From IMG/VR virus record IMGVR_UViG_3300032282_003280, positions 27,275 through 91,274 of that record: 64,000 bases of DNA. One strand, written 5' to 3'. A program made the translations under genes and the position numbers. Source of the stretch: a virus. Under the pieces are notes generated by a model, which saw only the letters and a program-made list of their open reading frames with translations, was not told the DNA's origin and ran no database searches. The stretch's first letter is position 1, and each line of letters opens with the position of its first letter. Below are positions 30,285-40,990 of the stretch, in pieces.

Positions 30285-33200
30285 TTATTCAAAATCAATC
30301 TGATAACCTTTTGATATCAAATCACTTATTTGGTCAGGAGTAAGATCATAAGTTTGACCTTGTACCATACCTCCATCATCATGTTTCCACTTAGCAGCGT
30401 TCTGTGCAAATATAGCTCTCTTGCGAGTTAATGGGTTCTTAGAGTGGGTTAATTCTTCAGTAGATTTACCTGTACGCTTCTTAAGAGCATTGAACTTTCC
30501 TTTATTAGCAGGGTTAATATGAATACCAGACCTTGCTTCACCACCATAATTCATTACTTCACTATCCATCTGAGGATTAATACCCATACCCATATCTCCA
30601 CCATACTCCATATTAGACATTATCTTCTGCTGAACACTTTTAGGAAGAGCATTGAATCCTGGATTATTAGGTACATTACCACCATACTTAGTCATCTCAG
30701 CTTCATTAGTGTCTATAAGACCACCAAACTCATGCTTCCATTTGGCAGCATTTTTAGCAAAGTTGGCCTTTTGAACCATCAAAGATGAAAACTTATCTTT
30801 GTTTGAGAGAACATGTTTAGCAAATTGTTGAACACCCATACCATGTTTAGTTGCTGCTGCGGTAAAGGTACCTTTCTTTGCAGGGTCTAAATGAATACCT
30901 GATTTAGCTTCTACCATCTGATTATTAGGTTCATAGTTACCAAACGTCTTTTGAGGATCTGGGATATACCTTGGGTTATCATCAAAGTTCTGACCAAACA
31001 TTGCCATAGAAATTGGACCACCATCTTCAAAAGTATAATCTTCAGGAGTTCTATGTTGTTTTACAGTATATGGCATTTGTGTAGGGTCACTATAAGGTTG
31101 CCATTGACTTCCTTGAGAACCTGGGACAAAGTTTTGATATGACTCCCTAAGAAGTTGAGGAGATTGTGTTACCGGTAAACCTTGGTAAGTAGATGGTGAT
31201 GACTGTACATCACGAATGAATGGATAATGTTGATAACCAGCACTTCCTACAGGAGTATATCCAGTAAGGTTACCTGTAACATCATAGTTACCCATATATG
31301 ACATTGTAGGTTCTGGCATAGGTACAGGAACAGCATAAGGTTGAGGTTGTTGCATTTGACCCATACCCATATAATTACCTACAGGAGACATATAAGCATT
31401 ACTAGAAGGTGCTGTTACATCTTCAACTGGTACATCTTCTGTAACTACAATGTTACCTTTCTTTCTTGTTCTAGTGGTATATCCACCATCAGCGTACTTA
31501 TTGTACATATCAGTATTATTTATTAAGTTACCACCATCCTCATATATAGCTTGAGAACCAGTGCCCATTGAATATGGATTATAGTTTGCAGGATTATATC
31601 TACGTGTTGTTCTTTGACTTTGGTTTGGAATAAGTGCATTTAAGAATTGAGTACCTCCACTAGTAATACCACTCAATGCTCCTCCTATAGAACTTGCTAT
31701 TCCCCCAATACCTGATGCTATACTTGAACCAGAAGGCCCTTGACTTTTGGCACTTAAAGGTTCTGCTGTACTATTAGTCATAGCAGTATTTGCATTATAA
31801 TTATTCCAAGGTTGAATTTGCTGCATCATATTCTGATTAGCACCTTGATTTATCCAGTTTGGTTGATTAGGATCATCCATTCTCCAAGGTTGCATATAAC
31901 CACCTGCATCATATGTAGGGGTTGATTGGTAAGGCATCATCATAGTACCATTTTCATATACTTCTCCACCATCTTCCCATGTCTTTCTAGCAAATGCTCT
32001 AAAGTAAGGATTATGAGCTAAGTTATGTTTATGACGAGCATAGAAAGCCTTTTTTCTTTCAGGGTCATTAGGGTGTTGACCTAGTTTAGAATCACCAAAG
32101 TATTTCTTAGTACCATCAGGTCCAATAACAACATGGGTTTTTCCCTTACGTTCATTTGAACGTTTTACTATATAACCACCATTACCATATTCATCCATCT
32201 CATTAGGGACAGATCCACCATCCTCATGCTGAGCTTTAATTTTAGCTTCTTGCTTTAACATCTCTTTAGTAGGTTTTTTACCGGAACCACGGTTTTCTCT
32301 TATGTTATCCCAAAGACCTCTTTGAGAATAATGACCATCAGCTCTGCGAATCACTTCACCTCCATTTTTATAATTAAATTGTGATTCATTTGGTATATTA
32401 ACACTAGATTCTCCAAGGTACAAGTCTTTTAGATTTTTTTTAATTTCATCTGTCTTAGGAAGCAAATTTTTAAATCTTTGTTTAGGGTTACCTTTTACTG
32501 CAGCAATTGTAGGTTGAGTAAAAAAAGGAAATTCTGATTCATTAGTAACTATTTTAGTTTTAGGAAAGTTTAATCCTGTAACTCCATTAACTAAATTAAT
32601 TGGTTTATCAAGTTCTGGTTTATAATTTTCTAGAAATTTATTATATAAACCAATTGTTTCTTTTCTAGTTTGACCTTTAGTAACTATTTCTTCTGTTAAT
32701 TCATTTAAGATATCATTAGATACTCCTTGTTTATATAATTTTTTTGCTTGATCTACATTACCCATTTTTTTTAATTGATCTACTCTATTATTAAAATCTT
32801 GCATTATATCAGGGTACCTATAATACATTTCCATGGGAATAGCTTCTGCAACTCTTCTTCCTTGCGTACCTCCTGTATTTAATTGTTGATTCTCTCCAGT
32901 TCTTATAATTGTAAAATCCTTATTAGCGTTTCTTGCTGCTTGATTCCAATAAAGAGGTGATGAGTTAGCACTCATATTTCTATCAAATGTAGAAGCTCCT
33001 TGTGGTAAACGTTCGACCTCTCTCATCATTTTGTATTTAACTTCTTGTGGAGTCATATGAAAATAAGAGTGAGAAGTTATATCTCCAACATAAGGAATTT
33101 CTAGAGATGCTGCATTTATTGCATTATCTACTCTTTTTACAAAAGGTAAATCCGATGTATTTTTAAATGTATTATAACCTCCTTTTATAACATTAGGTAG

Positions 33201-33629
33201 TGGGGTAACTGTATTAAAAGGTTCCATACCTGAAGCTGCTGCTAATGCTTCTACTGTATGTAGAGCTGCAGGACCATATTCTCCTCTATAAACTTCTTCC
33301 GGTATAGCTGGTGCATTATAAAACCATGCTGTAGGGTTTACTATTTCTGTAGCATAATCTAAGGAGTTCTTATTAGCTACAAAGTTATCAGGTAATCTTT
33401 GTTTATTTAATGCATAACTTGCTGCTGTGGCAGGGTGAGTAACAACATCCCAAGCCTTAGAGGGAATACTTTGAGGATTTACCTGTTGTATATATGAAGG
33501 TTGTTGAGGTCTAACTTGACCTCTTGGATCTCCATACTCAAAATACTGTCTTTGTGGGATATAGACAGGATTAGCAGGTTGATCACTTACCTGATTATAG
33601 TTTACTATATTTTGCTTTTTCTTAGGCAT
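30285..33629 (-). CDS. Cargo/internal protein; polyprotein-like array of small basic modules separated by xxGG motifs
   Basis: 1114 aa; 13 xxxGG motifs in the C-terminal about 690 aa; two copies of the GIHxxPAxKGxF...FAxNAAKWKH module. Confidence 0.7.
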   Translation of the reverse strand: MPKKKQNIVNYNQVSDQPANPVYIPQRQYFEYGDPRGQVRPQQPSYIQQVNPQSIPSKAWDVVTHPATAASYALNKQRLPDNFVANKNSLDYATEIVNPTAWFYNAPAIPEEVYRGEYGPAALHTVEALAAASGMEPFNTVTPLPNVIKGGYNTFKNTSDLPFVKRVDNAINAASLEIPYVGDITSHSYFHMTPQEVKYKMMREVERLPQGASTFDRNMSANSSPLYWNQAARNANKDFTIIRTGENQQLNTGGTQGRRVAEAIPMEMYYRYPDIMQDFNNRVDQLKKMGNVDQAKKLYKQGVSNDILNELTEEIVTKGQTRKETIGLYNKFLENYKPELDKPINLVNGVTGLNFPKTKIVTNESEFPFFTQPTIAAVKGNPKQRFKNLLPKTDEIKKNLKDLYLGESSVNIPNESQFNYKNGGEVIRRADGHYSQRGLWDNIRENRGSGKKPTKEMLKQEAKIKAQHEDGGSVPNEMDEYGNGGYIVKRSNERKGKTHVVIGPDGTKKYFGDSKLGQHPNDPERKKAFYARHKHNLAHNPYFRAFARKTWEDGGEVYENGTMMMPYQSTPTYDAGGYMQPWRMDDPNQPNWINQGANQNMMQQIQPWNNYNANTAMTNSTAEPLSAKSQGPSGSSIASGIGGIASSIGGALSGITSGGTQFLNALIPNQSQRTTRRYNPANYNPYSMGTGSQAIYEDGGNLINNTDMYNKYADGGYTTRTRKKGNIVVTEDVPVEDVTAPSSNAYMSPVGNYMGMGQMQQPQPYAVPVPMPEPTMSYMGNYDVTGNLTGYTPVGSAGYQHYPFIRDVQSSPSTYQGLPVTQSPQLLRESYQNFVPGSQGSQWQPYSDPTQMPYTVKQHRTPEDYTFEDGGPISMAMFGQNFDDNPRYIPDPQKTFGNYEPNNQMVEAKSGIHLDPAKKGTFTAAATKHGMGVQQFAKHVLSNKDKFSSLMVQKANFAKNAAKWKHEFGGLIDTNEAEMTKYGGNVPNNPGFNALPKSVQQKIMSNMEYGGDMGMGINPQMDSEVMNYGGEARSGIHINPANKGKFNALKKRTGKSTEELTHSKNPLTRKRAIFAQNAAKWKHDDGGMVQGQTYDLTPDQISDLISKGYQIDFE

Positions 33630-36600
33630 TACTTATAAGATGGAACAGTTTCTTGGATTACAAATTTAGATATAAGTTTTACACCTGTCTTCTTTAGGAT
33701 ATGACGAAGTTTTGAGTACTTACCTCTTAATGGGTATTTCTTAAAGTCTCTCCTTGAGTAGTCAAGATTTGATACTATGAGGTCCTTCTCATCATTCTTA
33801 AAAGTAACTGGCGTTGTGTAGAAAGGTTTACTCTTATCCTTTACGATATCCCAGAAGTAGTTATAGTTATAGAAGTTATCACTACGCACAACTATAATCT
33901 CCTTATTATCAGTATTATACTTAGGATACTGCAAGTATTGAGATAAGTTATTATATTGCTTAGGTATAAGTTTTAGTACACCTGTACACTGTTCATTGTT
34001 ATAGATTACAGACTCATCAAAGTATTGGATATCATCCGGAATATAGAATGTATCATAATCTATATATACACGAGATTCAGTATAGTCCTTAACAGCTTGA
34101 AGTATCTCATCCTTTACTTTATATACAAATGGGTACTCCAAAATATATGGACACTCTTCTCCATAATAGTTGTTAAAGAGAGTAAATATTCTATTGTGTG
34201 TCCATGTTGCAGGATCATCTCCATTTAGACCACTATGGAAATAGTTTGGGTAAGCTATATAATAGTTAGGGGTAAATGAGTGGAATGATACCCATGACTG
34301 AGTCTTAAAGTTATAAGATAAAGTCCAAGACTTATCTATAAAGTATTTAGGATCACCTACTCGTATCTGAATATTCTCACTACCTGTATCATAGTAAAAA
34401 AGACCACCTAAATATTCTGTTTTATCAGGATATATGGGTTCATAGTCTAACTTAGTTATAAATATACGTTTGTAGAAGGCGTCATATGTACCTGTTAAAC
34501 CAATACCGTTTTGTGCATTATCTATATCCACATCAGGGTAGAAGTTAAGTATATTAAATGGAAGATTCTTTGAGAACCATTTATCCATTCCTTTATCAGC
34601 TAAGTCCTCAATATTAGTACCCTTTAAGAAGATAACCTGACCTCTCTTAGCATCAACAAATATATGACCAAACTCAGTCTTTATAAATAAAGTGTTCTGA
34701 GAACCGGCATAACCTACACTACTCTGGGAGAGGTCTAAAGGAATACTACCTGAGAATAACTGAGTATTACCAAGATAAGCATCAGGACCTTGAGATACCT
34801 GTACAGTAGTAAGAGCGTTATAAAGTTGAGTATTGTTCTCAAACCTTACCATTAATTGTCTATGCTCTATATTATCTATAGAGATCATCTTACCATATGA
34901 CTTAGGAAAATCAAAGTAAGCAGCCGGTCTATACACTAACCAGTTATTCTTTGTCTCCTCTAGGGATGATTTATCGGAGTATATTGCTCTGTTAGGAAAT
35001 TCTGTATAACATTTTTTAGTAGGATCATAATCCTCTCTTAAGTGAGTATATACATTCTCTTTATTTTGCTTAGAGTATGTTTGATTATAGTTATAGGTAT
35101 TGTCATACGCAATTGGAACATTTATTTCTTGGAACCAATCATCCGGAATATTTGTAGATACATTAGGGAAGAAGTTTCCCTCCTTCTCGTTAGTTGCTTG
35201 CCTATTGTCCACATTTACCTCAGATTCACAGAAGAAGTAAGGTACACCATATGCAAATAAAAACATTACACCTTGTTCTGATATACCTACTCTTTGAGAT
35301 AAGTCAAAGTTTATATTTTTTACTCCTATTTTTTCATATATCTGTTTAAATAGATTTGCTATAAACTTATTAGTATGGGCAACTCCCAGTCCTGCACCTG
35401 TTAAAATATTTAAAACAATAAATGCTCCTCCGGGATTAAATAAATCATTAGTTAAGGTAGTAAGTGCTCCTCCTTTATCTATATCTATATCAAAAGATTG
35501 AGGTTTAGTACTTAGCCAAAACATTGGATAATTTATATTACCCAATTCATCATATGCTATATCTGTTTGATTTGGTTGTGATACAGTATTATTAGTAAAA
35601 AATGGAAGTTTTGATTTATATCCAAAAAGGTTTATATAAATATCACCGCCAAATACAGTAGGTGCATTTAAAATAGGTTTATTATCTAAAGTATAAAGAT
35701 CTTGATAATAACCTGTATCTATAGTTTCATATGAATATACTCTTCCCCACTGATTTATAATATCTCTTTTTATAGCTCCGTAATATGAAGATATGTTTTT
35801 TTCTTGTATTGTTTGTAAATTTGATTTTATATCAATCGGTAAATAATCAGGATTAGGTACTAAGTGAAAACCACCATCTGTAAATCCTGTATTAGGGTTA
35901 CTAAAAGAGTAAGTTAATGTAGTAGGTACCAATGCACTTGTAATAGGAGGGACTATTACTAAAGAGCCTATAGGATTAACTATAGGATGAGTAAACCCAG
36001 GGTTTTGAAGATATGTTCTTATTATACCTGTACTTTTATTAGGGATAGTATTTATAGTAGATGTAATGTTTGTAGACTTTACAACAAATATATTACTTGT
36101 TCCAAATTCTTGATAAGCAGTTCCTATTGGAGGAGCTGGATTTATTCCAGGATATTCAACATAAAACCAATATTCTTCTAAGAATTCAGAGTGAGGACTA
36201 TTAATTGACTCTGGTAAATATCGAGAATCATCTATTGGTATAGAAGCATCGTAATTATGAGTAAACTCAAGATTTTTATTTACTTTAAGGTATATAGAAC
36301 TTTCTCTTCTATAATTATTTATATTTTTACTTACTAAATTACCATTTGAATCTATATCTTGAACACCTTCTACTGTATCGTTCAAATACTTATTATAGGT
36401 AATCCCTCTATTTTTATATCCTGCATTATATATAGGAGCATAGTCACCATATATACCAAATGAATTAAAAGAATATCCAAAGTTAGTATATGGAACTAAT
36501 TTTTCAAACATATCCATTGCTGATTGATATGTTGGGGCTACACTAGCTGATGAAAAGGTAGGAGATCCAAACTGACCTGCCCCCAGGGTAAATCCACTAG

Positions 36601-38809
36601 AAGCTGCAATAGCAGCAGCACCTTGTATTGTATTTCGAGTAAGAAACTTATACTCTGCATTATCTTTTACTGGAATAAAATGACCATAAGATTTACCATA
36701 TATTATTTGTTCTAATTTAAGGTACTCCCCTGCGTTTGAAATTGAGGGCTGGTCAAAGTGAGTGTCAGGACTGTGGAATACAAATCTACTTTTTGCTCCT
36801 TCGTTAAATCCTTGTAAAGCCTTATCAGCACGATAAGTTTCCCCATTATCAACAGGTCTAAGTTTTTCTTTTGCATAAAAAGGATCTGGCCTTAAATCAT
36901 TATAAGGATAGTTTGGATAGAGATAAGTTTCTCCATCATAATCAGATTCTCCTACATTATGTAGTATACCTTTAGCAATTATTGATTTATTTGCAGCACG
37001 ATTACCTCTTAATATCTTAAAGCCTTGTATATTATCTTTCTCTTCTTGGGTAAGGTCAGAACTGTTTATAGCATCCCATAATGATCCCATATCTACCTTT
37101 ACTCCTATAGGATAAATCTTATAGGTATTGGTTTGATTAAAGGTAGTACCTGAGTCAGACTCTAGAAGGTTACCATTCTTAGGCCTATTTGCACTATGAA
37201 TTGGAGTAACTAATAAGTCAGGAAACTTGTGATGTCTAATTTTTTGTCCGGCTAAATCTCCCCATATAAATTCATTATTTGGGTATGTATCTCCGGAATC
37301 AGCATTATAACCATCACCACTCTCCCAATAACCAAATTGACCATATTGAAAAGGTCCTACATAACAATCATCATCTTGTTTCTTATTTAGGTACTCAGTT
37401 GTAAACCCTGTTACAGAACCGGTATTATACACTCTCCACTTCTGTTTTCCTTTAGGGTCTTCACAAGGATTTACAGTAGAGAATGAATTATCTAAGTTAG
37501 AGGTACCTACTACTTCACGATCATCATTAGTAGCAATTCTACCAGGTATGTGAAATGACCTAGTCTGTTTACCATTCTTTAGGATAAAACACCCCTCAAA
37601 GGCATATATCTCATCTCGGAAGTAGCCTCTATAGTTTGCTGCATTAGCACCATTGCTATACCCCTCAAAGGTATTATAGGGTATTTGGTAAGTTTCCCAA
37701 TTAAGATTTACCTTAGACCATATCTTCTGATAGTTTATATCCTCATTTTGTCTAAGGATATCCCAACCTAAAATATTGTCAACCTCAAAAATATCCCCTG
37801 CAGTATCATAATATGGATACTTTATTAGTATATCAGCTATATCTAGTTTTATAGGAGACTTCTCTACTCCTGTATAAGTATATCTTATGGGAGCTTTATT
37901 AGTAGTTATTGGGAGAGTTGCAACTAACTCTACAGAAGGTATATTATTTATTGTCTTAACTACAGCCAGATTAAAGTACTCATATAACCCAGATGTATCA
38001 AGGTCATTTATCTCAAGTACTATTGCTTTTGATGCAGGTAGATTATAAGTTGTACCTACCTTTTGTTCAAATATACTAACAGGATTACTTACATTATAGT
38101 AAGATGTATAACCCTCTCCTCTAGAGTTTGCATATTGAATAGCAAATTGATAGGTGCCCATTATAAGTTCACCACCAACTACTACCTCAGTAGCTCTAAC
38201 CTTAGGAACTCTAAAGTTGGGTTGTACATTAAGTTTATTAACATCAAGAAGACCATCTATTTTTATCTTCTTATAATCATTATGAGGGTCAGGCATCTCA
38301 ACCCATGGAAGGTCTTCAAAATCAAGATATCTACGAGGGTTAAGCCCATCTGTCCAATATATTTGAGTAGAACAGTTTGTAGTCTTTACGACTGCCTTCT
38401 TTATTGGGTTATGAATACTAAAGTTTAACTTACCTCCATTACTATATAAAGTACCTGGGATAATTAATTGATTTTGGTTATACAGCTTATCTGAGAGAAT
38501 AGGTATATAAATACACTCATTCTCTATACTGTATCCTATTTGAGATTCTCCTGTAGAGGGATTAGTTATCCAGTATATTATTCTGGATAGGTTAATTATG
38601 TTCCATTGACCTATAGATACAAATCCTTCAGGAAACTCTACACACTTAGTATTACCTGTGTCATTACCATAAGAAACTGAGTTACCATCAAAGTTCTCAA
38701 CATTGGCATTCATGGCCATAGTAAGTTGACCAGGTTGTACCTGTTGAATAACTGAATCTAGGTTTAATCCTATATTAGCACTCTGTATGTTTATTTGGTT
38801 ATCTGCCAT
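33629..38809 (-). CDS. Tail muzzle / stabilization protein (P22 gp10-like, crAss-type)
   Basis: 1726 aa; IYWTDGLNPRRY, GYFRDEIYAF, IRHHKFP, VFGGDIYI, WTLSY...WVSFHSF. Confidence 0.85.
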   Translation of the reverse strand: MADNQINIQSANIGLNLDSVIQQVQPGQLTMAMNANVENFDGNSVSYGNDTGNTKCVEFPEGFVSIGQWNIINLSRIIYWITNPSTGESQIGYSIENECIYIPILSDKLYNQNQLIIPGTLYSNGGKLNFSIHNPIKKAVVKTTNCSTQIYWTDGLNPRRYLDFEDLPWVEMPDPHNDYKKIKIDGLLDVNKLNVQPNFRVPKVRATEVVVGGELIMGTYQFAIQYANSRGEGYTSYYNVSNPVSIFEQKVGTTYNLPASKAIVLEINDLDTSGLYEYFNLAVVKTINNIPSVELVATLPITTNKAPIRYTYTGVEKSPIKLDIADILIKYPYYDTAGDIFEVDNILGWDILRQNEDINYQKIWSKVNLNWETYQIPYNTFEGYSNGANAANYRGYFRDEIYAFEGCFILKNGKQTRSFHIPGRIATNDDREVVGTSNLDNSFSTVNPCEDPKGKQKWRVYNTGSVTGFTTEYLNKKQDDDCYVGPFQYGQFGYWESGDGYNADSGDTYPNNEFIWGDLAGQKIRHHKFPDLLVTPIHSANRPKNGNLLESDSGTTFNQTNTYKIYPIGVKVDMGSLWDAINSSDLTQEEKDNIQGFKILRGNRAANKSIIAKGILHNVGESDYDGETYLYPNYPYNDLRPDPFYAKEKLRPVDNGETYRADKALQGFNEGAKSRFVFHSPDTHFDQPSISNAGEYLKLEQIIYGKSYGHFIPVKDNAEYKFLTRNTIQGAAAIAASSGFTLGAGQFGSPTFSSASVAPTYQSAMDMFEKLVPYTNFGYSFNSFGIYGDYAPIYNAGYKNRGITYNKYLNDTVEGVQDIDSNGNLVSKNINNYRRESSIYLKVNKNLEFTHNYDASIPIDDSRYLPESINSPHSEFLEEYWFYVEYPGINPAPPIGTAYQEFGTSNIFVVKSTNITSTINTIPNKSTGIIRTYLQNPGFTHPIVNPIGSLVIVPPITSALVPTTLTYSFSNPNTGFTDGGFHLVPNPDYLPIDIKSNLQTIQEKNISSYYGAIKRDIINQWGRVYSYETIDTGYYQDLYTLDNKPILNAPTVFGGDIYINLFGYKSKLPFFTNNTVSQPNQTDIAYDELGNINYPMFWLSTKPQSFDIDIDKGGALTTLTNDLFNPGGAFIVLNILTGAGLGVAHTNKFIANLFKQIYEKIGVKNINFDLSQRVGISEQGVMFLFAYGVPYFFCESEVNVDNRQATNEKEGNFFPNVSTNIPDDWFQEINVPIAYDNTYNYNQTYSKQNKENVYTHLREDYDPTKKCYTEFPNRAIYSDKSSLEETKNNWLVYRPAAYFDFPKSYGKMISIDNIEHRQLMVRFENNTQLYNALTTVQVSQGPDAYLGNTQLFSGSIPLDLSQSSVGYAGSQNTLFIKTEFGHIFVDAKRGQVIFLKGTNIEDLADKGMDKWFSKNLPFNILNFYPDVDIDNAQNGIGLTGTYDAFYKRIFITKLDYEPIYPDKTEYLGGLFYYDTGSENIQIRVGDPKYFIDKSWTLSYNFKTQSWVSFHSFTPNYYIAYPNYFHSGLNGDDPATWTHNRIFTLFNNYYGEECPYILEYPFVYKVKDEILQAVKDYTESRVYIDYDTFYIPDDIQYFDESVIYNNEQCTGVLKLIPKQYNNLSQYLQYPKYNTDNKEIIVVRSDNFYNYNYFWDIVKDKSKPFYTTPVTFKNDEKDLIVSNLDYSRRDFKKYPLRGKYSKLRHILKKTGVKLISKFVIQETVPSYK

Positions 38810-38821
38810 TTTTAGTTATAC

Positions 38822-39679
38822 TTATGACTGACGATATTTAAGATTACGTCTGTAGTCTACACCTATTTGCCTAAATTTTTCATTTACTGTTTGCTTCTTT
38901 AATTCTATTTCAGCAATTATAAAAGCCTCAGCTTGTTGTTGTTCAGCCTTATTAAGTTTTAACTGAACCTGGTTAAATGTCTCATCAGTTACTAAGTTAG
39001 AAACTTGCTCAAAACACTTATATACTAAAAACTTACGTATAAAATCTTCTACCCAAAAATTCTTAGGTATAAGTTGTTCACCATCAGCCTCAGCCTCAGC
39101 ATAATATATTAAGTGTATTTTACCTTCTGCAAAGTTGGTTACTATGTTACCATTATGAATATCATAGGTATACATTGTACTTGCATGTTCATTTGCACAC
39201 CATCCTATTTGACATCTTGTAGATGGCATATTGCCGGGAGTTAAGAGAAATGTTCTCCTAAATGAGAATAGATAGGTGTCTGTTACTTTATGGGTAACAG
39301 CGTATGATGTATCGCAATCTTCTTGAGTTAAGAAACAAGGATCACAACTAGAAAGATCTTCTGTTCCTATTCTGCAGTCTTTCTGATAATAAAGAGATGA
39401 TGCTGCCTGTATAGGACTTGATTTCCAAACACTGCACATCCATGCTTCCCTAGCTCCTGCAAATCCCTCAGGGAGACATGCTTGATAATCACATACCTCT
39501 AGAATAGTTTCCTCTATTCTAAATGATGATTTTCTAAACCTACGTAGACAATGTTCTATCCACTTAGGAAACATCATATCATCTATAATCCCACTATTAA
39601 AATAGGATTTTAGCTGTTCCTTTACTTCAGCCACTATAGGACCTGGTGAAGTAAATTCTTGTTTATAGTATAGGGACAT
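38822..39679 (-). CDS. Tail ring / tubular protein (P22 gp4-like)
   Basis: 285 aa directly upstream of the muzzle; IVTNFAEGKIHLIYYA...LIP. Confidence 0.75.
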   Translation of the reverse strand: MSLYYKQEFTSPGPIVAEVKEQLKSYFNSGIIDDMMFPKWIEHCLRRFRKSSFRIEETILEVCDYQACLPEGFAGAREAWMCSVWKSSPIQAASSLYYQKDCRIGTEDLSSCDPCFLTQEDCDTSYAVTHKVTDTYLFSFRRTFLLTPGNMPSTRCQIGWCANEHASTMYTYDIHNGNIVTNFAEGKIHLIYYAEAEADGEQLIPKNFWVEDFIRKFLVYKCFEQVSNLVTDETFNQVQLKLNKAEQQQAEAFIIAEIELKKQTVNEKFRQIGVDYRRNLKYRQS

Positions 39680-39681
39680 AG

Positions 39682-40185
39682 TTAATTCTTTTTATATAAC
39701 CTGGAAGTATACTCCACATAAATGTCTTTATATCCAGGATTCTCTTTTAATGTTGCAGGTAATTTTCTTGATAGGACTCTACAAAATTCTACTTTCCAAA
39801 TATCAGTAAATTTAAATCTAGCCTCTTTAGGTGACCAATACCAACAAAACATATAACCATCTGAGTGAAGATTTAGGTGATATATACGTTTTCCGTACTT
39901 CTTAGACTCTAACCAGTTTACAGGAAGATGTATCATCTTTTCACCGGTAATAGTATTCTTCTTGTATTTATTTCTTTTATATTTATTTATACTTATATGA
40001 CCTAAACCAAAAGGAAGTTTGATTAAATTTCCAGTATTTAGTATATAATCACCCAAAAGATTATTATATGTATAAAGAATTTTTTTATACTGTACAAAAG
40101 ATATAACTATCTCCGGATGGTTAGTGCAGAAAACCTTGTAGTTTTCCCTAGAGGCTGTTCGGAATTCCCTTTTTGGTCTAGGCAT
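39682..40185 (-). CDS. IHF/HU-like basic DNA-binding protein conserved in crAss-like phages
   Basis: 167 aa, IKLPFGLGHISINK...VNWLESKK; syntenic position. Confidence 0.7.
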   Translation of the reverse strand: MPRPKREFRTASRENYKVFCTNHPEIVISFVQYKKILYTYNNLLGDYILNTGNLIKLPFGLGHISINKYKRNKYKKNTITGEKMIHLPVNWLESKKYGKRIYHLNLHSDGYMFCWYWSPKEARFKFTDIWKVEFCRVLSRKLPATLKENPGYKDIYVEYTSRLYKKN

Positions 40186-40338
40186 TTAAATTTTTATCCA
40201 ATCATTTTTTGATTTATCACAAATCCTACATCTGTATAGGGCAGTTATTTTATACTGATATACACAGTAATATTTATGTAGACTTATAAGACACGGTAAT
40301 CTCTTTATTAATTTACTAAGCTGATGTATCCATGTCAT
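40186..40338 (-). CDS. 50-aa putative zinc-binding protein; not in the ORF track
   Basis: MTWIHQLSKLIKRLPCLISLHKYYCVYQYKITALYRCRICDKSKNDWIKI; fills the gap exactly and its stop abuts the next ATG. Confidence 0.5.
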   Translation of the reverse strand: MTWIHQLSKLIKRLPCLISLHKYYCVYQYKITALYRCRICDKSKNDWIKI

Positions 40339-40990
40339 CTTCTGTTTTATCATCTTTAGATTGTTTATAAGTTTTAAGAAGTGTTTCTCTGGTCATAGTC
40401 AATACATTATTGAGCAGATAACCAGGAATCTTAAATTCAAGATCTAAAGGGTTAGTAGGACAAGGTGCTGGATCAGCACAAGTATAAATAGCAAAATCTA
40501 CATCCTCCTCAAAGTATGCAGATAATCTTACAGACTCAATATTAGGGTCTGTTATATATAAATACTCATTCTGTATCCAGTAGTATTTTTCAATTTGTTT
40601 TCCAGGATAAAGCTGAAGAAGAGTGACATACCTGTTAGGATCACTAAACTTAAACATTACTTTCTTATCCATTGATGCCACATACTGAGTAAGTAGGCCA
40701 TATTTATTCTCACCAATCTTAGGCAAGGTCTCTTTTGACCTAGCTATCATACATGGTGATACATAATTACAACATTGAGATAGAGGAACTTCCTCCATCT
40801 GTATACATGGTAACTCAGTAAATATACTATCTGATGAGTAAAGCAAACGTTTATCTAACTCCCTCTTTATCAAAAGAGAAGCTACAGACTTTAGCTCATT
40901 AGCTATAGCTCTGTCAGATATTAGATTATCACTTGATAATAGTTTAAAACTGGTCCTTATTTGGGATACAGCTTCTCTTAAAGTTGGCAT
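40316..40990 (-). CDS. Tail ring protein (crAss-type)
   Basis: 224 aa; LPCIQMEEV, YYWIQNEYLYI, FEE, EFKIP. Confidence 0.7.
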   Translation of the reverse strand: MPTLREAVSQIRTSFKLLSSDNLISDRAIANELKSVASLLIKRELDKRLLYSSDSIFTELPCIQMEEVPLSQCCNYVSPCMIARSKETLPKIGENKYGLLTQYVASMDKKVMFKFSDPNRYVTLLQLYPGKQIEKYYWIQNEYLYITDPNIESVRLSAYFEEDVDFAIYTCADPAPCPTNPLDLEFKIPGYLLNNVLTMTRETLLKTYKQSKDDKTEDDMDTSA

